A stretch of 64,000 nt of DNA from Selaginella moellendorffii (taxonomy: Eukaryota > Plantae > Lycopodiophyta): NCBI RefSeq assembly GCF_000143415.4, contig NW_003314261.1, positions 1,502,117 to 1,566,116 on the forward strand, in the 5' to 3' direction. The first letter of the stretch is position 1. Each line of letters opens with the position of its first letter. Position numbers and translations under genes: made by a program. Shown here one piece after another: positions 47,891 through 62,100 of this stretch. A model generated the notes under the pieces. The model was not told where the DNA came from and made no database searches. It saw only the letters and a list, made by a program, of their open reading frames with translations.

Positions 47891-50533
47891 TGTTAGGAAT
47901 TCCCCAATTCATACCAAATTCCTGAATCTCGCTAGATTCCTGACCTGCAGACCACATTCCTGATTCTCGAGACACTTCCCTATTCCTGACTCTCGAGACT
48001 CTTCCCTATTCCTGACTCTCTGATTTCCTCTACGATTCCTAAGTCTTGAGTCACATTCTTGATGATGATGTGGCCCCTCCTTGACCTCAGCTATATTTAG
48101 GCCGTCCTCGATCCAAGAGTGGTACCTATAGTATATATAGGTTAGCCTTGTTCCATTTCTCCACAATCTGAATCAACACCAGTCTAAGGCCTCTTCTTTG
48201 TTTCCACTAGCTTTTCTCTTTGTCTTTTGCATTTTCCAGTCTTGATCTTGTTGGGGGTCTTGACAATTTGATTCAGATTGTGTTTTTTCATTTTTTTTTC
48301 CTTTAACACGTTTTGATTGTTTGACTGCCATTGCCTTTTTTCCCCCTTTTTCTTTCTTTCTGCCGATGGAGTCTCCAAGCCATCCTGATTTCTTTGCTGA
48401 AGTCCTTGCAAAAATCCAATTTGAGAATACCGAGCTGAAGGCGACCCTTCTTCGCATGTAGCAAGAGCTTGCTTCACTTTCGGCTCAAGGATCCAGCAAA
48501 GTTCCTGAACCGAAGGTGAGTTTCCCGGTGAAATTTTCAGGCAAGCATTCAGAGCTTCGCGGATTCCTGAACCAGATGGAGCTGATCTTCGCACTTCAAC
48601 ATCGGCGGTACCCCACTCCCAAGTCTCAAATTGGTGCGATTAGGACGTTGCTCGAAGGTGCAGCTTTGTCATGGTTTTCTCCTCTTCTGGAGAAGAGCAT
48701 GAAAGGGGTCGTGGTTCCGGAGCTGATGGATCTTAAATTGTTCAAAGAGAAGCTTGAAGCATGTTTTGGCGAGACAGATCGGGTTCGGGCTGCTACCACA
48801 AAGATGAGACATCTCTCTCAGGGGTCTCGTCCTGCCTCAATCTACACTGCAGAGTTCCAACTCCTTGCCTTGGACACTCACTGGGATGAGCGGGCCCTGA
48901 TTGACCAATTTCGTTTTGGCCTCAACAACGGTGTCAAGGATTTGTTGCTCACCATGGAGGATCCCAAGGACCTGTCGGACACCATCAATAAAGCTGTTCG
49001 ATGTGACAATCGTCTCTTTGAGCGTCATCAGGAAAGTCGCCGCGCCACTGTTTTTCCGTCCCAGACTCAGGAATCCCAGCTTGAGTCTTTGGGGCATGCT
49101 CCTGAACCTACTGCTCTGGTCCCAATGGATATTTCTGGTACTCCCCAACTCATCAAAGGGAAGTTGAGTCCTACTGAGAAACAACGTCGAATATCTCATA
49201 ATCTTTGCTTCTACTGTGCTGATCCTAATCACAAAGCAGGTATGTGTCCCAAGAAGCCTCCCCGACTGCTCGAGTTCACTCTGCCTCAAAATCCACCTTT
49301 GTTGCAGTCGGGAAATGACCCTGTCCAAACAGAGTAGGAGTTGTCTGTTTGGACTCCCCGAATAAAAATCACTTTTCTTCTTTATCAAGCTCCTCACCAC
49401 CTTTTATCAAAGCCACCACCAATTCCCGCAACTTCCGCGTCCCATGTCTCTTTTCTTTCACCGAACAATTAGGACTCAAGGCTCTGGTGCTACTGGACTC
49501 GGGTGCAACTTCCTGCTTCATGGACACAAACTTTGCTGCCCGACATCACGTTCCTCTTTCTTCTACTATACGGGATCTGAGGGTTTAAGGCATCGGCGGG
49601 CATTTTGTGTCTCCATCTTCTGGACTTAGGGAAACGTTGTTTGTTCGAGTACAAATCGGGTCCACTGTCACCAATATCGCCTTCAACATCATCAACAGCA
49701 AATCCTCCTCTGTGGTGCTCGGTCTTCCCGGCTTCCTCTGCTGTTCATCGAGTCCGAATCAGAAAAAGTTCCCTAAACTCAAATTGGGGTTCTGTTCTTG
49801 ACTCTACGAAGTTTTCACCCTCTTCTTTTTCCTCTCTTCCATCTTACACTGGACAGTATCTTCGTCTCATAATTCCATTTAGTCATACGCCTCCTCTTAT
49901 CTCCACAATCACTATGAAAGAACTCCTTCATGAAGAACCTATTTTCCTTTTTGCTTTGCATGTTTCTCCTGTCAGTCTTCCTAAGAAGTATCATGATTTT
50001 GGGGATGTGTTTGACAAGAAAAAAGCTAGTGTACTACCTGTTCATCGGCCTTATGACTGTCCCATTGATTTATAGGAAGGAGCGTCACCTCCGTAGGGGC
50101 CTATCTATGGGTTATCCCCGTCCGAGCTTAAGGCCCTCAAAGAGTACGTGGATGAGAACCTTGCCTCGGGGTACATTTAGCATTCGCAATCTCCATCTGG
50201 AAGAAGGATGGGAGTTTCCGGCTAGTCATCGACTACCAAGGTTTGAACAAAGTGACTGTTCGGAAGCGTTATCCGCTGCCCCTGATCTCGGACCTATTGG
50301 AACGCCTCGGCGGTGCCCGCTTCTTCACCAAGATCGACCTCCGTGGAGCATACAACCTAATCCGGATCTGGCCTGGTGATGAATGGAAGACTGCGTTCCG
50401 AACCCGCTATGGCCACTTCAAATACACTGTCATGCCATTTGGCTTGACAAATGCTCCAGCAGTTTTCCAACACATGGCAAACGACGTCTTTCAGGAGTTT
50501 CTTGATCAGATGGTGATCATCTACCTCGATGAC
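47891..50533 (+). mobile_element. 5' part of a Ty3/gypsy chromovirus-like (Tcn1/Maggy/sushi-type) element: LTR, gag, protease, RT to YLDD
   Basis: Putative LTR TGTT...AACA at 47891-48178; gag 48366-49337 (one in-frame TAG; PVKFSG...LRGFLNQ; CFYCADPNHKAGMC); protease LLDSGAT; RT YPLPLI...[11 protein letters not shown]...[11 protein letters not shown]...MPFGLTNAP...YLDD, cut by another LTR at 50534. Confidence 0.9.
47920..48045 (+). repeat. Imperfect ~26-bp tandem repeat (ttccctATTCCTGActctcgagac) inside the putative LTR
   Basis: ATTCCTGA core repeated about 5-6 times. Confidence 0.75.
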
Positions 50534-51843
50534 TATCGCGCATGTGACTTCGGGTATCGAAAGCTACCTGTCGACCAGTCCTTATGGACACTCTTACCTT
50601 ACTGCCACGATGGCAGGAGGTCGGTATTGCTAGACCCTTTATTAGTCCCTCTTGTTCAAGTGTTAGTAAACTGGACTTTGCATTTGTACTTGGCCGGATG
50701 AGCATAAGGAAGGAATTCCTAAGTGTCTATTTAGCTGAGCATACTTGGCCCGGCTTGTTAGTTCTCTTTTGCTCTATCTTGCACTAGCTTGACAAGAACC
50801 CTCGCGTATTGAGATTAGTCCCTCAATATCGCTACATAATGCTCCATGCTTGGGAGTTTGGCACCGTTCCTTCGTTCAATGGCCCAAGACCCTGAACCTC
50901 GGGTTCCACACCACATTCCTTTGGACACGTGGCATGTGACATGTGGCATCTGTCACATGGCACAAAGAGGGTTTAGGTTCCGCTTCGTGGTGTTATCCTA
51001 TGGTAAATCACCATAGTATAAAGGGTCAAAACCACGTGCGCTACATTTGGTATCAGAGCATGAGTCTCGGTGAGAACTATCCAATGAAATTGGGCAACTA
51101 GTCTCGTTGCATACTCAGAGATGAAAACGATGATCCGAGTGGGTACACGTTTTGGTGCAAAGACTTTGCATTGGTTCCTTGGGATAGGTTTTGTACCTTT
51201 TTGTTCCATATTATGTGAGCTTGCTCTTGGGCTCATAGGGTGGACTGAGTTGTTCCGTTTGCACGAGTTTGAGCTTGGGCTCGTGAGTGAGGCACATTAG
51301 CAACTCGAGGTTACATTTTGAGTTGGTAGGATTAATGTTAGCCTATCGGTGGTTCCATGAGTTGTTCCATATACCATGGGTGAAAGTTAACCTTCCTTGG
51401 GTTTGTTATGAGTGGCAAATAGGCTGGTCCGTAGCTGTTTAGCACGGCACTAGTGGATCCTTCCTAAGCATGATTATGAGTAGATCAATCAAGACTGTAG
51501 GGATTAGTCTATTGGTTCAAGTAATCATTGCCGTGCTCTCTCATAAACTTTTCTTGGATTGGACTGAAGGCAGTGCAAAAGCAAACTTGAGGTTTAGTCA
51601 AAGATGAGACCGAAAAGAGAGTCGTCAGGGACGAAGGATCAAACATGTAAATTATCTTCTCTTCTGGAGAGATGGTTTGCAACGAGGTGTTGACTCATTG
51701 CTCATGTTCACAATATGCAACCAAGAGTCCCTACCTTGATGCATGTTGGTTATGGTGGTCTTACAAGTGGTGAGTTGTGGGATGGATAGTAGTGAAGTGC
51801 TATACCATTTTGTCTAGGCTTGCTATTGGAAGACTTGGGTTAC

Positions 51844-54800
51844 TGTCGCGAATGTGACTTCAGGTATCGAAAGTTACCTGTCGGCTAGTCCTTACGGACA
51901 CTCTTACCTTACTGCCACGATGGCAGGAGGTCGGTATTGCTGGTTCCCTTTATTAGCCCCTCTTGTTCAAGTGTTAGTTTACTGGGCTTAGCACCTGTAC
52001 TTAGCCAGATGGACATAAGGTAGGAACTCCTATGTGTTTCTAGCTGAGCATACTCGGCCTGGCTTTTAGTTCTCTTTTGCTCTGTCTTGCACTGGCTTGA
52101 CAAGAACCCTCGCGTATTGAGATTGGTCCCTCAATATCGCTGGATGATAGCTTACCGTGTCTGCCAAACACCCTCGCTATCATGCCCTTTGTGTTAGTCT
52201 CATTTCGGTCCCAAATGCTATTTATGGAAAGTGTCTAGATTTGCTCATTTGGCATATCTACGGAATGTAGAGGTCGGCCTGAACACAATGGTGTTTGTCC
52301 CGTGTCCAAATTCACAATCTAGGGACATTCCATATTTAGTAAGTTTCGAGCTTGTCCCAGAGACTAACTCCTGATACTAAGGGAGGCTTGGGGTGAAAGC
52401 CCAAAGCGTGTGTTCCTCAAGGGGGGGGGGCTATGGGGGGTTCCAAATGTATAGTAGGGATAGTGGGTAGGTCGGGCATGGCCGACCAACCTGAGGCATA
52501 GTCTAGCTCCCGCTTGCGTGCCTGTCCTTGTTCTGCGTCCGGCTTGGGTCTAAGCCCAAGTTCCATTCCATGCTAGCTGGTGGAGTACCCATGTCCTCGC
52601 GTTAGGCCACCGGTATGCCGAAATAGCGCCAGACTCCGTTTGGCTCCGTTTTGCGTGCTGGTCCTGGCATTGGGATGCTGGTTGCTCTAGGACTGTTCCA
52701 AGTCGCTCCAGGCCCCTGTCCCTACGCTCCTTGGGCTGTATGCTCGGGAGTTGCTCCGTGGTTCGGTTCCATCACTCCTTGGCGTCACGCTTGGGAGTTT
52801 GGCACCGTTCCTTCGTTCAGTGGCCCAAGGCCCTGAACCTCGGGTTCCTATGGACACGTGGCATGGACACGTGGCATGTGACACGTGGCATCTGTCACGT
52901 GGCACAAAGAGGGTTTAGGTTCCGCTTCGTGGTGTTATCCTATGGTAAATCACCATAGGATAAAGGGTCAAAACCACGTGCGCTACATTTGGTATCAGAG
53001 AATGAGTCTCAGCGAGTACTATTCAATGAGATTGGGCAACTAGTCTCGTTGCATACGCAGAGATGAAAACGATGATCCGAGTGGGTACACGTTTGGGTGC
53101 AAAGGTTTCGCAATTGTTCCTTGGGTATGGATTTGGTTACCTTCTTGTACCGTAATTATGTGAGCTTGCTCTTGGGCTCATAAGATGGATTTGAGTTGTT
53201 CCGTTCACACGAGTTTGAGCTTGGGCTCGTGAGTGAGGCACATTAGCAACTCGAGGTTACACTTTGAGTTGGCAGGATTAATGTTAGCCTATCGGTGGTT
53301 CCATGAGTTGTTCCATGTACCGCGGGTGAAAGCAAACCTCCCTGGGTTTGCTATGAGTGGCAAATAGGCTGGTCCGTAGCTGTTTAGCACGGCACTAGTG
53401 GATCCTTCCTAGGTATGATTATAAGTGGATCAATCAAGACTGTAGGGAATAGTCTATTGGTTCAAGTAATCATTGCCGTGCTCTCTCATAAACTTTTCTT
53501 GGGTTGAACTGAAGGCAGTGCGAAAGCAAGCTTGAGGTTTGGTCAAAGATGAGACCGAAAAGAGAGTCATCGAGGACGGAGGATCAAATACGTAAATCAT
53601 CTTCTCTTCTTGGAGAGATGATTTGCAACGAGGTGTTAACTCATTGCTTGTGTTTACATTATGCAATCAAGAGTCCCTACCTTGATGCATGTTGGAAATG
53701 ATGGTCTTACAAATGGTGAGTTGTGGGATGGATAGCGGTGAAACGTTATACCATTTTGTCTAAGCTTGCTATGGAAGACTGGGGTTGCAGTGCTCAATTC
53801 TTTTCCAGGGAACCTTGCTATTGCTCCTTGAGTAGCTTGGTGTTGGATTAGTTTTGAGATTGGTCGGAAAGAGAGTGGCATGAGCTTGTCTGTGTTGTGA
53901 ACAAAAGTTAGTGGTGTTGGGTGTCGTAAACCTCTATTGGTGAAGTGTGGCATTTATGTTGCATTTTGTCGAATCGAGTTAGCACTTGATATTCACATAA
54001 ACCTTTGTAGTAGTGACATAGGCATTGCTCATAGTGTTGCTTGATTGATGATCAAGTCATTGTGATTTATACCATATCCATGTGATAGTGAACAATGTGT
54101 TTACCAAGTTGCTTGGATAAACGATGATCAACCCCCAAAGTGGTTGATGGAGAAGCTAGTCTACTTGCACGAAGTAGCATTGTAGTAGCTTTGACTGGAT
54201 TCTCGATGGTGGTTCATTATGCTAAGCTTATGTTGGTACCTTGTTTCCTTGAGGGTTTGCCCATAAGGTGTTGGGAATGGGTTGTAGCATTCATTTGCTA
54301 TAGCTCATCTATTGATCCGTTAGCACTTGGAGTAGATTATTGGATGGAGAAGGTGTGAGGTTGATGCATTGACATCGCTAGCACTTGTGTTAGTGGAAGT
54401 GGCATTGTTGATTCGAGTGATGAGGAATTTTCCTTAGAGCTTGATTTTCCATGTCATTTTTCTTGTTAGTGTTTTGACTTCACATTGAATCTTGAAGGTG
54501 ATTGAAGAAGAGTGTTAGTGCAATGTGGATATCCAAAGATGTGGTCTTCGTGATCAAGTTTTAGATATTCATTTAGCACTTTGCGGATGTCGGTGTTGGA
54601 TATCGGTTAAATGGGCAAAGATGTTCGATGCTTAAGCATATTGTTGGTCATGAGAACTTGTGTTGAGGTGAACCTATGTGAAGTTGTTTGTAGGATGAAG
54701 TTGGTTGAGTCTTGAAAGTTTGCAATCCTGGACTGAGAGTCATTCTTTCTCTAGGATGGAAATTTTCCACAAATTTTCTTAGACTTCTCCAATGGCTGAT

Positions 54801-57800
54801 CTGTTGGTCACTTTGCTCGAAAACCATTCCGTTTTCGTAAGCCAGTACAAACTAGTGAAAGGGTTGGAGTTGACTTCGGTTGGCTTAGATCTTAGTAGGT
54901 AGTTTGTATGATGCGACCCGAAAGGGATGCTAACTTTTGGGGCTAAAGCAATTGAGTTGGATAGAGTCTAGAGTTGGTGTAGAAAAGTGGCTGTTGCGCT
55001 TTTCTAAGAAAGGTGACCCTTGTGCCTTTCTTTTGTAGCGTTGTGCTTGGTGGCAATTTGCACCTTGCATTACGTTAAACTCTATGAGAGTAGTGAGCTC
55101 TCACTGATCTTGACTTGGTCTTAGTGGCCCTGCACCTTGGCTGAGGATGGTGATGTCCAACTTAGTTGTTTGAGGTTGAGATGTTGGTACCCGTACTATA
55201 GCTTTGTCTATGAGGAGGTTGTGTACTGATATGAGTCCATCTCATGGTCTTCACTTTAGTTTCGACTGAGTGTTGATCACATAGCTAGCCTCTTCAAGGC
55301 ATGCTCAGAGCTATTGACTAAATGCATTAGTGGGCTTATTGCGGTTGAGTTGGATTCGAGTGGTCATTTAGTTTGTGCTTGTCTATGAACTTTTATCTCG
55401 TACCTGGGGTATACGTTCATGTTGGACAAGTATATAACTTGATGACAAAGAGTTGGTGTTTGGGTCTTGTAAACGTAAGTTGAAGAGTGATTGTTAGTTG
55501 CTTTGCGACTAGTGATTACTTGTAGACTTCATCAAGGACTGTTGACACTTGCTTTGCTCGATGATGATTTAGCAGTGATGGGCTTGCTTTACCAGGTGGT
55601 GTTGCGGAGGATCGTGTCGTTAGACTTACATGAGTTTTTCATATTAGCTTGTCGACTCTACCTCTGTTGATATCATTTGGTTACGTCTAGTCCGTAGTGT
55701 TAGATTTCATTGAGTCTTGGACGTGGTGAATCACTCCTTGATGATGTGTATCTGAAACTGAGTATTGCTGAAGGATTGGTCTTGGATACACACTAAGGTA
55801 TCTTCGACTGTGGTTAGCTTGGTTGCTAGGAAGTTTTGAGTGGTGATTCACTCTTGCTTTCTTCTAGCTTTGTCCTGATGTTGATGGCATTAAAGTGATA
55901 CCTTGTCATTGATGTTGTTGACATTGAGATTCGAGTGAAATGAGATATCCTTCCAAGGATTGATATTGAGTTTCATTAGTCTTGATGAATATAGTGTTGA
56001 TGATTTGGCTATAGCTTTGTGTTGTTGGCATTCGTGCATTTGCTAGTTAACAACTGTGTTGACGTTCAAATGAACTGAGTGGCAAGTTGAGTTAGTTGTG
56101 TTCTAGACGAGATTATTTAGTAGAGGGTTGAGCTTTAGCTTTTCCTTGAAAAGTGATTTAGTCGTGGACTATGCTAACTCTACGAGAAGAAGAGTTAGTG
56201 ATCGATATTAGAATGTTGAGTCCTTGCTGGATTTGAGTTCGGAATATAGCAATCATTAATGATTCTTTTTGAGCTTGTTATGAAGTGAGTTACGTCTTGC
56301 TATAGATGGATTCATGGAGGATCGTTTGATGATCACTTGTTAAGCATAGCTTCGTTATGCTTAGCTTTTGGATTGATGCAGAAATGCTCTTCATTAGCTT
56401 TGGCATTATGAAGTTTGGCTTATGGATGTGTTGAGGAAGATATTGTGGGTTGCACCATGATTTCTTCTTTAGCATTGAAGTTAGCTTCTATGAGACTCGT
56501 GATCATTATTAGGCAAGACTTAGTTATAGGCTTCTTTGAGCTTTTGGTTCTTGAGTTTTGTGCTCATTGTTCCATTTGTTAGAAGTTGTTGGGGAAGGCA
56601 TTTTGGCTCATTAGCTTCGATGTTGAAGTTGGTTTTTGCATCTGGCAATCATTGGTGATGATTGACTATCATCTAGGGTAGTTAATTGTCCTTATCACAA
56701 GTTTTGCTTGATTATTGTTGGTTTGGAATTATTTGCTATTCTTCGGGATGGTAGATTCTTTCTTCAACGATGATTATACATCACTACATTGATGAGCTGA
56801 TTGACGATCTTTCATGATAGTTAGTTGTTCTCTTTGATGGCTTTTGGCTTTTCGCAATACCACATGTTCTTTGTGGTTTGCTCTGGATTGGTCTCTTGGG
56901 TTTGAGACATCAGTAGGATGTTGCTGACACTTGCTTAGGCAACTTGAGTTCCTTGGTATTGTTGGCTGGGATCTATTCAGATTGGCTTTTGTGATAGTTG
57001 GCAGGCATGAGTGTTTGTTGGTCTTACCACATTCATTCTCTTCTGTTGGTTGTTGCTCGAGTTAGTTTTGATAGATTTGAATGTTATTTCCTTTGGGTGA
57101 TACATTCGCGAGCATTGTGCTTGTTAGTCAATGATACTTTGTGTTCTTTGAGTTCTCTTTAGTAAGTTGTTGGCTTACTGTCTACTATCTTCGGTAGTTA
57201 AGTTTCATCATTGAGTTTCCTTGATGATATACTAGCTATTGAATTTTGTTGGATGGTCATTCCTGTGTTTGCCAAATTATGATGATCTTGGTGGTTCCTA
57301 TCTACAATACTACTGGTTTATCGGATGATAACTTGCTTAGAATACTTTTGTGTTCTACTCTAAGATATAAAGATCACTAGTAATTAAGCTTCTCAGAAAT
57401 CATTGTCTCTGACTTTGATATTGTCCATCTATTGCTCTTTGAGTTTGGGCCAGTATCGGCAGACTGGCTTCGGCACTTCGTGTGCATGGTGAAATCTCTA
57501 GTCATGGGGTAGCTACTGTCGACTGGTCACATAACCCGCCTCTCTGTCGATGTTCCTTATTCTGTGAAAGGGCGTGACCGTGTAAACAACTCTACCTGCC
57601 TGTTGACAGTAGTCTATCTAAACCTTACCGACGGGTTTGGTTTCTTTGCTCAGGAGGGTTGGGGCCTCTGGCTTCTCTCTCTATGTCCCTGCGGGCAGGG
57701 TGTATCACACTTTTGTAGCTGGGTGACACCCAGAGCAGCAAGGGTGGCTGACTCCGTTGGTCATTTCCTTGTCGGTGACGGCCGGAAGGTGTCTGAGCTG

Positions 57801-59111
57801 GTAGCGCATCCGCGTTAGACAAAGAGGTTGCTCCCTAACTCATTTAAGTTGGTGCATTTCTCACATAGTGTGAGTACCGTGAACTTTTTCTGGAGTTGTT
57901 TCCTTGGCGGTATTCTAGACTCGAGTATGCATCGACGAGGACGTCGATTTTCCCAAGGGGGGGAGAGTGTCGCGAATGTGACTTCAGGTATCGAAAGTTA
58001 CCTGTCGGCTAGTCCTTACGGACACTTTTACCTTACTGCCACGATGGCAGGAGGTCGGTATTGCTGGTTCCCTTTATTAGCCCCTCTTGTTCAAGTGTTA
58101 GTTTACTGGGCTTAGCACCTGTACTTAGCCAGATGGACATAAGGTAGGAACTCCTATGTGTTTCTAGCTGAGCATACTCGGCCTGGCTTTTAGTTCTCTT
58201 TTGCTCTGTCTTGTACTGGCTTGACAAGAACCCTCGCGTATTGAGATTGGTCCCTCAATATCGCTGGATGATAGCTTACCGTGTCTGCCAAACACCCTCG
58301 CTATCATGCCCTTTGTGTTAGTCTCATTTCGGTCCCAAATGCTATTTATGGAAAGTGTCTAGATTTGCTCATTTGGCATATCTACGGAATGTAGAGGTCG
58401 GCCTGAACACAATGGTGTTTGTCCCGTGTCCAAATTCACAATCTAGGGACATTCCATATTTAGTAAGTTTCGAGCTTGTCCCAGAGACTAACTCCTGATA
58501 CTAAGGGAGGCTTGGGGTGAAAGCCCAAAGCGTGTGTTCCTCAAGGGGGGGGGGCTATGGGGGGTTCCAAATGTATAGTAGGGATAGTGGGTAGGTTGGG
58601 CATGGCCGACCAACCTGAGGCATAGTCTAGCTCCCGCTTGCGTGCCTGTCCTTGTTCTGCGTCCGGCTTGGGTCTAAGCCCAAGTTCCATTCCATGCTAG
58701 CTGGTGGAGTACCCATGTCCTCGCGTTAGGCCACCGGTATGCCGAAATAGCGCCAGACTCCGTTTGGCTCCGTTTTGCGTGCTGGTCCTGGCATTGGGAT
58801 GCTGGTTGCTCTAGGACTGTTCCAAGTCGCTCCAGGCCCCTGTCCCTTCGCTCCTTGGGCTGTATGCTCGGGAGTTGCTCCGTGGTTCGGTTCCATCACT
58901 CCTTGGCGTCACGCTTGGGAGTTTGGCACCGTTCCTTCGTTCAGTGGCCCAAGGCCCTGAACCTCGGGTTCCTATGGACACGTGGCATGGACACGTGGCA
59001 TGTGACACGTGGCATCTGTCACGTGGCACAAAGAGGGTTTAGGTTCCGCTTCGTGGTGTTATCCTATGGTAAATCACCATAGGATAAAGGGTCAAAACCA
59101 CGTGCGCTACA
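51844..59111 (+). mobile_element. Inner, recent, full-length non-autonomous LTR retroelement of the same family
   Basis: LTRs 51844-52987 and 57968-59111 (1144 bp, TG...CA, ~3 mismatches seen by eye); PBS TGGTATCAGAG ~52990; PPT AAGGGGGGGAGAG 57955-57967; 5-bp TSD GTTAC at 51839-51843 and 59112-59116. Confidence 0.95.
52853..52903. promoter_or_regulatory. Four tandem CACGTGGC G-box/ABRE motifs in the LTR (also 58977-59027; degenerate in the outer LTRs)
   Basis: ggaCACGTGGCatggaCACGTGGCatgtgaCACGTGGCatctgtCACGTGGCa. Confidence 0.7.
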
Positions 59112-62100
59112 GTTACAATGCTCAATTCTTTTCCGTGGAATTTTGCTATTGCTCCTTAAGAGTTTGCCCATGTGGTGTTGGAAAAGGGTTGTAGCATTCA
59201 TTTGCTATAGCTCATCGGTTGATCCGTTAACACTTGGAGTAAATTGTTAGATGGAGAAGGTGTGTAGTTGAGGCATTGAGATCACTAGCACTTGTGTTAG
59301 TGGAAGTGGCATTGTTATTTAGAGTAATGAGGAATTTTCCTTAGACCTTGATTTTCCATGTCATTTTTTTTGTTAGTGTATTAAGCTTCACATTGGATCT
59401 TGAAGGTGGTTAAAGAAGAGTGTTAATGCAATTTGGATATCTAGAGATGTGGTCTTCGTGATTAAGCCTTGGATGTTCACTTTGCATTTGCGGATGTCTG
59501 TGTTGGATGTCGGAAGTATGGGTAAAGATGTTCGAAGCTTAAGCATACTATGAGTCATGAGAGTTTGTGTTGAGGTGAACCTATGTGAAGTTGTTTGTAA
59601 GAGGATGTTAGTTGAATCTTAAAAATTTGCAATCCTGGACTGAGAGTCATTCTTTCTCTAGGATGGAAAATTTTCCACAAATTTTCTTAGACTTTTCCAA
59701 TGGTTGATCTATTGATCACTTTGCCCAAAAACCATTCCGTTTTCGTAAGCCAGTACAAACTAGTGAAAAGGTTGGAGTTGACTTCGGTTAACTTAGACCT
59801 TAGTATGTAGTTTGTATGATGCAACCCGAAAGGGATGCTGACTTTTGAAGCTAAAGCAAATAAGTTGGATAGAGTCTGGAGTTGGTGTAGAAAAGTGGCC
59901 GTTGCACTTTTCTAAGAAAGGTGACCCTTGTGCCTTTCTTTTGTAGCGTTGTGCTTAGTGGCAGGTTGCATCTTGCATTTCGATAAACTCTATGAGAGTA
60001 GTGAGCTCTCACTAATCTTGACTTGGTCTTGGTGGCCCTATGCCTTGGCTAAAGATGGTGATGTCTAACTTAGTTGTTTGAGTTGAGATGTTGGTACCCA
60101 TACTAAAGCTTTGTCTATGAGGAGGTTGTGTACCGGTATAAGTCCATCTTGTGGTCTTCACTTTAGTTTCGACTAAGTGTTGATTACGCATAGCTAGCCT
60201 CTTCAAGGCATGCTTAGAGCTATTAGCTAAATGCATTAGTGAGCTTATTGCGGTTAAGTTGGATTCGAGTGGTCATTTAGTTTGTGCTTGTCTATGAACT
60301 TTTATCTCGTACCTGGGGTATCACGTTCATGTTGGACAAGTATATAACTTGATGACATGAGTTTAGTGTTGGGACTTGTGAAGGCAAGTTGAGGAGTGAT
60401 TGTTAATTGCTTTACAATTAATGAATGCTTGTAGATTTTGTCGAGGACTACTTGACACTTGCTTTGCTCGATGATGATTTAGCAAAGATGGGCTTGCTTT
60501 ATCGGATGGTGTTGCGGAGGATTATGTCGTTAGACTTACATGAGTTTTTCATATTGACATATCGACTCTACCTCTGTTGATATCATTTGGTTACATCTAG
60601 TCTGTAGTGTTGGATTTCATTGAGTCTTGGACGTGGTGAATCACTCCTTGATGAAGTGTTATCTATAACTGAGTTTTGCTAAAGGGTTGGTCTCGAATAC
60701 TGATTAAGGTATCTTTGACCTTAGTTAACTTGGTTGTTAGAGCGCTTTGAGTGGTGATTCACTCGTGCTTTCTTCTAACTTTGTTATGGTGTTGGTGGCA
60801 CTGAAGTGATGCCTTGTTGTTGACAATATTGATATTAAGATTCGAGTGAAATGAGATATCTCTTCGAAGGATTGACATTGAGTTTCATTAGTCTTGATAA
60901 AGATAGTGTTGATGATTTGGCTTCTTTGTATTGTTGGCATTCATACATTTGCTAGTTAGCAACTGTGTTGATGTTCAAACGAACTGAGTGGCAAGTTGAG
61001 TTAGTTATATTCTAAACGAGATTATTTAGTAGAGGTTGAGTTTTGGCTTTTCCTTGAAAAGTGATTTAATCGTGGACTATACTAACTTTACGAGAGAAAG
61101 AGTTAGTGATTGATATTAGAAAATTTGAGTCCTTGGATTTGAATTAGAATATGTTGATCATTGATGATTCTTCTTGTGCTTGTTATAAAGTGAGTTACGT
61201 TTTCTATAGATGGATTCATGGAGGATCATTTAGTGATCACTTGTTGAGCATAGCTTCGTTGTACTTAGCTTTTGGATTGATGCAGACATACTCTTCATTA
61301 GCTTTGGCATTATGAAGTTTAACTTATGGATGTGTTGAGGGGGATATTGTGGGTTGTACCATGATTTCTCTTTAGCATTAAAGTTAGTTTATGCGGAACT
61401 TGTGATCATTGTTAGGCAAGACTTAGCTATAGGCTTCTTCAAGTTCTTGGTTCCTTGAGTTTTTATGCTCATTATTCCATTTGTTTGAAGTTGTTAGGAA
61501 AGGCATTTTAGCTCATTAGCTTTAATGTTAAAGTTAGCTTTTGCATCTAACAATCATTAGTGATGATTGACTATCATCTAGGATAGTTGATTATCCTTGT
61601 CAAAAAATTTTGCTTGATTATTGTTGGTATAGAATGATTTGCCGTTCTTTGGGATGGTGGATTCCTTCTTAGCCAATGATTCTACATCTCTTTATTGATG
61701 GGATGATTGATGATATTTCATGATGGTTAGTTGATCTTTTTAATGGCTTATGGCTTTTATGCAATACCACATGTTCTTTGTGGTTTGCTTTGGATTGGTC
61801 TTTTGGGTTTAAGACATCAGTAGGATGTTATTGGCACTTACTTAGGCAACTTAAGTTCCTTGGTATTGTTGACCAGGATCTATTCAGTTTGGCTGGTGCA
61901 ATGGTTAGATAATTAAGTGTTTGTTGGTTTTACCACATTCATTATGTTTTATTGATTGTTGCTCGAGTTAGTTCTGATAGATTAGGATGTTATCTCCTTC
62001 AGGTGATACATTCACAAGCTTTGTGCTTGTTAGTCAATAATACTTTGTGTTCCTTGAGTTGTGTTTTGTGAGTTGTTTGGCATGCTATCTGCCATTTTTG

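Noticed and set aside
47920-48045. CRISPR-like short repeats
   Set aside because: Eukaryotic LTR-internal tandem repeat without unique spacers or cas genes.
48179-48195. Self-priming (Tf1-type) PBS after the chromovirus LTR
   Set aside because: No tRNA-iMet PBS, and only a partial complement (gcctt) inside the LTR; the LTR end is unconfirmed without the 3' LTR.
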